A stretch of 64,000 bases of DNA from positions 410,286 through 474,285 of the forward strand of contig CAVUCV010000001.1 in NCBI GenBank assembly GCA_963740125.1, read 5' to 3'. Below, piece after piece: positions 54,533-64,000 of this stretch (within the stretch, counting starts at the first letter, position 1; each line of letters begins with the position of its first letter). The notes below the pieces were generated by a model, which had not been told where the DNA came from, made no database searches, and saw only the letters and a program-made list of their open reading frames with translations. Made by a program: the position numbers and the translations under genes. This DNA is from an uncultured bacterium. Its GTDB lineage: Bacteria > Actinomycetota > Thermoleophilia > Solirubrobacterales > 70-9.

Positions 54533-57485
54533 TGGCTTTCTCCTTGGGCTTCGGCTTGGCTTGGGCTTGGCCACCTTCTTGTACCCGCCGTCCTCGGTCA
54601 GGCGGTACGCGACGCCCTTCTTCCCGTCCGGCACGCCGAGTGCGCGCGAGGTCGGTGGTGATGGGGCGGTACCAGGTGGTGACGGGTATGTCGTCGACGA
54701 CGCGAACGTAGTGCGGGCGCGCCTTCTCCGGCAGTGCCGAGAGGGCATCGACGAGGTCGGCAAGGGTCAGCTTCTGCCCCTGGCGGAGCGTGACGGCCCC
54801 CACGGCGAGCGCGTCGGCGCCGCCGGGGTCGGGCACCCCGAAGCAGACGGCGAGGTCCACCGCCGGGATGGACCACAGCGCGTCCCGGACGGGGGTGGGG
54901 GCGAACGGCCCGTCCGCCGTGCGGATCAGCGTCGCGATCGAGTCCAGGAGCCAGAAGTCGCCGTCGGCGTCGCGGCGGAAGAGGTCGCCGGTCGCGACCC
55001 ACGCATCGTCCGGCCGGAACACGCCGCGCAGGGGCGTCTCGGCCGTGGGGTTCACATCCGGATCGACCTCGGATACCAGGACGCCGATCTCGTTCGTGTC
55101 GCACTCGCGGGCGAAGCCGTCGTCGGTTGCGTGGAGCTTCCCGCCGTCCAGGTCGAGCGCCGCGATGCGGACGCGCGCGGACCCCGGCAGGGGCCGGCCC
55201 ATCGCGCCGACCTTCTGCCCGGAGACGTTCGCAAGGACGACCTCACCCTGGGTGGACGCGTAGAACTCGACGATGCGGGCGGGCGAGAAGCGCTCGACCA
55301 CGCGGGCCCAGAGCCCCTGTGGCATTCCCGAGCCCATGAAAAGGCGGACCGGGATGGTGGCGCTCGTTCGGGTTGGGCGGCGCCTCGACCAGGTCTCGCA
55401 GCATCGTCCACGTGTACGTGCCGACCGTGACGCCGTAGCGGCGGACCTCGTCCCAGAACGTCGCGGGGTCGAAGTCGCGCGCCATCGCGATCCGGGCGCC
55501 GCCCGCGATCGCGCCCCCGAGGCTCACCATCAGGCCGGACGGGTGGTAGACGGGCGTGACCGAATACACGGTGTCGGCCTCCGACAGCGAGGCGGACGCC
55601 GCGGTCCCGAACGCCGAGAGGATCCAGCGCCGGTTGGTGATCCGGTTCGGGCGCGTGCGGTCGCCCGAGCCCGTGAAGAGGATGAAAGCGAGGTCCCGCG
55701 CCCTGCCCGGGTTCGGCTTGTACCAGCCCGGGAGCTTCACCTTGTCCGGGTCGATCCGCTCCATGTCGACCACGCCCGAGCCCAGGTCGCGCGGCCCGGC
55801 TCCGCCGCCCAGGACCAGCACCTGCACGCCGGCCGTGGCCGCAACCTCCATGTGCTCGGGGTCCGAGACGACCCGGCCGATCTCGCCGAGCTCGGCCTCG
55901 CGCTCGACCTCGCCGTCGGGCCGGAGGAGGACCGCCACCGCTCCCAGGCGATTGAGCGCGGCGACGACCGTGAGCGCTGTGGGGCGAGGCTCCATCAGCA
56001 CGCCCACGTGCTCGCCCTGGTGGACGCCGATCGAGATCAGGCCGCGGACGATGGAGTCGATGCGGTGCTTGGCCGCGGCGTGCGTGTGCGCCCGGTCCTC
56101 GAAGAGGAAGAAGACCTGCTCGGGGTGGTCGTCGGCCTGCTCGTCGAGGAGCTTCCCGAGCGAGATGCGGGTGCGAGGGCGCACCTGGTCGAGGCGGATG
56201 AGCCGGGGCAGCTCCGCGATCGCCTCGGAGCCGATGGTGCGCACGCTCGAAGCCGTCCGTGCGACGCCGGTGAAGAGCGAGCGCGCCAGGTTGGAGGCGA
56301 CGCCGCCGGCGAGCGAGAGGCCGTAGCCCGCGCGAGCGGTCGCGCCGGGGCTCTCGAGCTCGGTGGACGTCTCGACGCGGCGAATGGTGTCGGGCAGCTC
56401 GGCGTCCGCGTCGCGCCAGCGGGTCCAGCCGGCGACGGACGGCCAGGTGGTCGCGCTGGAAGCGGACCCGACGACGAGGCCGAAGTGCCCGGCGCGAAGC
56501 GCTGAGCTCGTACACGTCGGCGCGCGGCGCGGCGCGGACGATCGCGCGTACCGCGGCGGCGGGGGCGATCTCGTCGACCTCGCCCACGACGGTCAGGATC
56601 GGGCACTCGATGTCGGCGAGCGTGACGAGGCGCTCGTCGATCACGAAGCCGCCCTCGAGCATCCGGTTGTGCGCGACGAACTGGTTCAGGAAGTCCGCCA
56701 GAGCGGGGCCTGGCCAGGCGACCCAGCCGTCGGCCTGCAGGAAGCGGCGCTGCCGCTCGCGCGGGAGCAGCGCGTCGCGGTCGTGGAGCTGGCGGACGAA
56801 GTCGAGCTGCTGGCGCGCGGCCTTGACGGGGTCGAGCATCCGGAAGCCCATGCGCGACATCCACGCGGGCACGGCCGTGCGGGCGAGGGGGCTGACGGCG
56901 AGCACGTCGGCGACGCGCGTCGCGACTTCCTCGGGGATCCCGAGCGGCATCGCCGCGGCCGTGTCGACCGGGCTGCCGAAGGTGATGAGGCTCGCCAGGC
57001 CCTCGCCTCTGCGCAGCGCGGCGGCCTGGTAGCAGAACATCCCGCCCTGGCTGTAGCCGCCGAGGTGCGGGTCCTTGCCGGTTTCCTTCCGCACGCGGTC
57101 GACGGCGTCTGAGACGGCCAGGACGTGGTCGGTAAGCGTCCGCTCGAGCCCGCCCTCCTCGTGCTCGGGGGCCCCGAAGTCGACGACCCAGGGGTCGACG
57201 CCCTGGGCGTGAAGGGTGCCCACCGCCGTCGAGGAGGGGGAGACGTCGTACACCTCCGCCGCCAGCATCATCGGCGGCACCAGGATGACCGGGGACGCCT
57301 GCCTCTTCGTCCTCGGCGGGCGGGAAGTAGCGGCGCAGGCGGTAGATCGGACGGGTGGCGACGACGTCGAACGGCGAGGCCTCCTCGCCCGTCTCGAGGC
57401 CACCGAAGCGCGCGACCTCCAGGGCGTTCTGGGCCGCGGCACCGGCGCGGGAAACTGGGCTTAAGATCGCGTCCAGCGGGTTCAC
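54525..57485 (-). pseudogene. Bifunctional alpha/beta-hydrolase (PhaC/lipase-like) and long-chain acyl-CoA synthetase fusion, Rv1683-like; about six frame changes
   Basis: The N-terminal half has the lipase box GGYSQGG. The C-terminal half is an AMP-binding/FATP-like synthetase (FILFTGSGDRTRP, VTPVYHPSGL, YASTQGE, WVATGDLFRRDADGDFWLLD). Total length is about 985 codons. Confidence 0.75.
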
Positions 57486-57552
57486 GGATTCCGAACCCTA
57501 TTTGCTGGCAGCGGGCGAACCCCGGCTACTTCACTCGTGGCCTCCGTGACAA

Positions 57553-58877
57553 CTAGCTCCCGCGGGGAGCCCGTCCTCCTGTCGCGCGCTCGCCCGCCTC
57601 GATCAGCTCGTCGCGGAAATCGGGGTGCGCGATCGCGGCCAGCGCCTGAGCGCGCTGGTGGACGGTCTTGCCCTGGAGCTCGGCGGCGCCGAACTCGGTC
57701 ACGACCACGTCGACCTGGTGGCGAGGCGTGGTGATCACCGCTCCGGCCTCGAACCACGGGACGATGCGCGCTCTGCAGCTCGCCTTCCTTCGGCTCGAAC
57801 GTGGCGGGGAAGCACAGGAGCGAGCGGTCCTCGACCTCGAGCGCCGGGCCGGCGACGAAGTCCTCGTGGCCGCCGATGCCGGAGAACTGGGTGCCGTTGA
57901 TCGTGTCGGCGACAACCTGGCCGTGGACGTCGATCGCGAGCGCTCCGTTGATGGTGATCATCTTCCGGTTGCGGGCGATCGCCTCGGTCGAGTTGACGAG
58001 CTCGACGGGGAGGAACGCGACGTCCTCGTTCTCGTGGAGCCATTCGTAGAGCTCCTCCGAGCCCGCCGCGAAGGTGGCGACCGAGACGCCGTCGTAGCAC
58101 CCCTTGTGGGCGTTCGAGACCTTGCCCGCCTGGTGGAGCGCCATCAGGCCGTTCGTGAACATCTCGGAGTGGACGCCGAAGTCACCTCGCTCGCCCTTGG
58201 CGAGCTCGGCCGCGATCGCGGAGGGGATCGTGCCGATGCCGGTCTGAAGCGTCGCGCCTTCGGGGACGAAGGCCGCGGCGTGCTTCGCGATCGCGAGGTC
58301 GGCGTCCGAGGGCTCGGCCTCGGGGAGGGGCAGCGGTGAGCCGTCGCCCTCGATGAGGATGTCGATCTCGTCGACCTTCAGCGCGTGCAGGTGCTCGGGG
58401 GCGACGCCGAAGGTGCGCGGGTAGTTGGGCGACGTCTCGACCACCAGGAGGCGGTCCGGGTCGGCCGCCGCGCGGATCAGCTCGGACGAGGTTCCGCCGG
58501 CGTGGAGCGAGAGCGAGCACCACCCTTCGGAGTCCGGAGGCGCGGCGGCGGTCGCCATGACGCGCGGGCTCTGCTCCTCGAGCAGGGGCGCGAACCGGCG
58601 GAAGTCGGCGGCGGCGAACGAGATGTTCGCTCCCGCGTCGCGGAGCGCCCGCTCGAACGGGCCGAAGAAGCCGGACAGGTAGTGGACGTTCGGGTGGTTG
58701 AAGAGCTCGGTGCCCGACGCCCAGGAGGGCGCCGTAGACCTTCAGGTCCTGCCAGTCGTCGCGCTCGCCCAGCGCCGCCATGAAGTTCGGCGGCTGGCCC
58801 GTGGCGAGCGGGATGCCGAGCGTGTCGGCGGGGTGGAGGCGGGCGGCGGCTTCGGCGCGGGTCAGGGTCTCGGCCAC
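57553..58877 (-). pseudogene. Acetyl-CoA hydrolase/transferase family protein (4-hydroxybutyrate/succinyl-CoA:acetate CoA-transferase-like); about three frame changes
   Basis: GTG at 58877. ATLQTGIGTIPSAIA, GVHSEMF, INGALAIDVHGQVVAD, FSGIGGHEDF and VVTEFGAAELQGKT. Confidence 0.8.
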
Positions 58878-58916
58878 GCTCGCAATCTATGCGGTCTGCG
58901 CTTACACTCGGGATGC

Positions 58917-61434
<2,518 letters not shown>

Positions 61435-61445
61435 AGGTCCTCTCC

Positions 61446-64000
61446 GTGACGACCGCCGCCCCCGACCGCGCGCCCGACTGGGTCGCCGAGGGCACGCCCG
61501 AGCCTCTTCGCACCGACCTCGCCCGGCTCGTCGGCGAAAGCTGCCGTCCTGGGCCGGGCAACCGACCTCGTCCGCTACGCGTCGGATGCCAGCCCCTACC
61601 GGCTGATCCCCCAGGTCGTCGTCCAGCCGCGCGACCCGGCCGGCGTCGCCCGCGTCATCGCCTACGGGCGCGAGCACGGCATCCCGGTCACGTTCCGCGC
61701 CGGCGGCACGAGCCTGAACGGGCAGGGGCAGGGCGCGGGCATCCTGATCGACGTCCGGCGCCATTGGCGCGGCGATCCAGATTCTCGACGAGGAAGCGTC
61801 CCGCGTGAAAGTCCGGCCGGGCACCGTGCTCGGCCACGCCAACCGGGTGCTGAGCCGCAACCACCGAAAGCTCGGCCCGGACCCCGCCTCGACCGACATC
61901 GCGACCGTGGGCGGCGTCGTCGCGAACAACTCGGGCGGGATGCGGTGCGGCACCCGCTTCGACTCGTACCGGACGGTCTGCGACATGACGTTCATGACCG
62001 CGAACGGGACGCTGATCGACACGTCCGACGCCCGATGCGGCGCGCCCTCTTCGAGGCGGAGGAGCCCGAGCTCGCGGCCGGCCTGGCCGAGCTGCGGGAC
62101 GAGATCCGCGCCGACAAGGCGCTCGTCGAGCGGATCCGCCACAAGTACGAGATCAAGAACACCACCGGCTATCGCCTGTGCGCGTTCCTCGACGCCGACG
62201 AGCCCGTCGAGATCTTCCGGCGCCTGATCGTCGGCTCCGAGGGGACGCTCGCTCTGATCTGCGACGCGACCTTCGAGACGCTCCCGGTACCCGCTCACAC
62301 CACGACGGCCTGGCTCCACTTCGCGGGCATCCCCGAGGCCTGCGCGCCCGTCCCCGACCTGGTCGAGCTCGGCGCGAGCGCAGTCGAGCTGATGGTCGCG
62401 CCCGCGCTGATGGTCGCGGCGATGAACATCCCGGGCGCGCCGCAGGACTGGCTCGAGCTCCCGCCCGAGTCGGCGGTGCTCCTGGTCGAGTTCGGGGCGG
62501 ACGAGGAGGCGTCGCTGGGCGAGAAGGAGAGCGCGGCGATCGAGGCCGTGGGCGAGGACAACCTGATCCGCCCGGCCGACTTCACCCGCGAGCGGGAGAA
62601 GATCGGCGTCAACTGGCGCGTCCGCGAGGGCCTCCACGGCCTGGTGGGGCGCTTGCGGGTTCCCGGAACCGCGCTGATCGTCGAGGACGTGTGCGTGCCC
62701 CCGCCCGGATCGCCGAGGCGGCGAAGGACATCCAGGCGCTCCTTGGCGAGCACGGCTATCCTGACCGGGGTCGCCGGCCACACATCGGCCGGGAACCTCC
62801 ACTTCATGCTCACGCCCGGACTTCGCCAAGCAGGAGGACCTCGACAGCTACGAGGCGTTCATGGAGGGCCTGGTCGGGCTCATCTGCGACAAGTACGACG
62901 GCTCGCTCAAGGCGGAGCACGGCACGGGGGTGAACATGGCGCCCGTACGTCGTCCGCGAGTGGGGCGAGCAGGCGACCGAGCTCATGTGGCGGGTGAAGC
63001 GCCTCGCCGACCCGGACGGAGTGCTCGGCCCCGGGCGTCGTCATGAACGACGACCCGGCCGTCCACCTTCAGAACCTGAAGACGACGCCGGAGGTCGAGG
63101 AGGTCGTGAACACCTGCGTGGAATGCGGCTTCTGCGAGCCCGCCTGCCCGAGCCAGGACCTGACCACGACCCCGCGCCAGCGCATCGTGCTGAGGCGCGA
63201 GATGGCGCGGCAGGCAGAGGGGTCGCCGGTGGCGAAGGCCCTGGCAGAGGAGTTCGAGTACGACGGGCTCGAGACGTGCGCCGCCGACGGATCATGCGTC
63301 CTGGCCTGCCCACTCTCGATCGACACCGGCAAGCTGGTCAAGGAGCTCCGGGCGAAGGAGCATTCGAGGCGCGAGGAGGCGGTGGCGCTCCAGCGCCGCC
63401 AAGAGCTGGAGCGCGGTCGAGCACGCGTCGCGCGCAGGCCTCAGCGCTCGGGCCGCTCGCCGAGCGGGTCGGCGGGGGCAGACCTGCCGAAGCCCGCTCA
63501 GCCGCTGCCCGGATCGACCACACGCGAGGGCGCCGCGGCCGTCTACTTCCCCTCGTGCACGAACCGCATCATGGGCGCGTCGAAGAAGGCGAAGCCCGGC
63601 CCGAGCCTGGCCGACGCCACCGTCGCGGTCTCCGAGCGGGCGGGCATGCCGGTCTGGATCCCGCCCGACGTCGGGGGTAGCTGCTGCGGCGTGCCCTGGT
63701 CCTCCAAGGGCCACCGCGACGGCCATGCGTGGATGGCGCGCCAGACGTTCGAGAAGCTCTGGGCCTGGTCGGGCGAGGGCAGACTGCCGATCGTGAGCGA
63801 CGCCTCCTCGTGCACGCTCGGCCTCACCGCGCGAGACCGCCGCCGCCCTGCCGGAGGAGCTCCAGGCGCGCCACGCCGAGCTGGAGATCCTGGACTCGGT
63901 CGAGTGGCTCGAGCGCCTGTTGCCGAACCTGGGCATCGAGCCGAAAGCTCGGCCGGGTGGCGATCCACCCGACGTGCGCCACGCGCCACCTCGGCCTGGC
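61446..64000 (+). pseudogene. FAD-linked oxidase fused to a (Fe-S)/CCG domain (D-lactate dehydrogenase / GlcD-GlcF-like); 3' end beyond the window; about eight frame changes
   Basis: VTFRAGGTSLNGQ, GPDPASTDIATVGGVVANNSGG, KNTTGY, GSLKAEHGTG and two 4Fe-4S-type motifs CVECGFCEPACP and CAADGSCVLACP, then CCG-type SCCGVPW. Confidence 0.8.

Overview
High-GC (about 70% in the stretches I counted) chromosomal segment with an Actinomycetota-like gene set: a six-gene mce cluster, an F420-type luciferase-like oxidoreductase, and proteins resembling Rv1683, DesA3/Rv3230c and Hrp1. The taxonomic assignment rests on gene content only. I recognise about 54 protein-coding genes. I found no rRNA, tRNA, CRISPR array, transposase, integrase or phage gene.

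Gene content, in order:
- 1-6.6 kb: a Dpp/Opp-type peptide ABC importer, flanked by an LD-carboxypeptidase fragment and a DmpA-like aminopeptidase.
- 6.6-14 kb: a metallophosphoesterase, two cytochrome P450s, a cupin, a DUF2231-Rieske fusion and an epimerase.
- 14-20.6 kb: lon, a MarR regulator convergent with a DHA2-type MFS pump, and a class B penicillin-binding protein.
- 20.8-23.9 kb: degraded secreted amidohydrolase-like genes.
- 23.9-30 kb: a lipid/ketone-oxidation block (serine hydrolase, lipase, alpha/beta hydrolase, SDR, Baeyer-Villiger monooxygenase, thioesterase).
- 30-36.2 kb: a calcium-binding repeat protein, a TetR regulator divergent from a ferredoxin-reductase plus acyl-CoA desaturase pair, and a third P450.
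- 36.3-45.8 kb: six translationally coupled mce genes.
- 45.9-64 kb: SDRs, a CBS protein, an LLM oxidoreductase, a HAD hydrolase, a Ser/Thr kinase, methyltransferases, an enoyl-CoA hydratase, an Rv1683-like hydrolase/acyl-CoA synthetase fusion, a CoA-transferase, a benzoylformate-decarboxylase-like ThDP enzyme, and a FAD/Fe-S oxidase that runs off the 3' end.

The dominant anomaly is that most genes can only be read by hopping between frames. By manual reading there are on the order of a hundred single-base frame changes. A few blocks are completely clean (9.45-11.7 kb, 18.7-20.6 kb, 41.2-45.8 kb).

Other points worth a second look:
- The mce cluster has no yrbE or mkl partner anywhere in the window.
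- A palindromic intergenic repeat family occurs at 18.6 kb and 45.8 kb.
- Four convergent gene pairs share a CTAG stop overlap.
- A lower-GC gene encodes a secreted two-repeat protein.

I see no convincing defence, toxin or mobile system. Gene ends and frame-change positions in broken genes are approximate.
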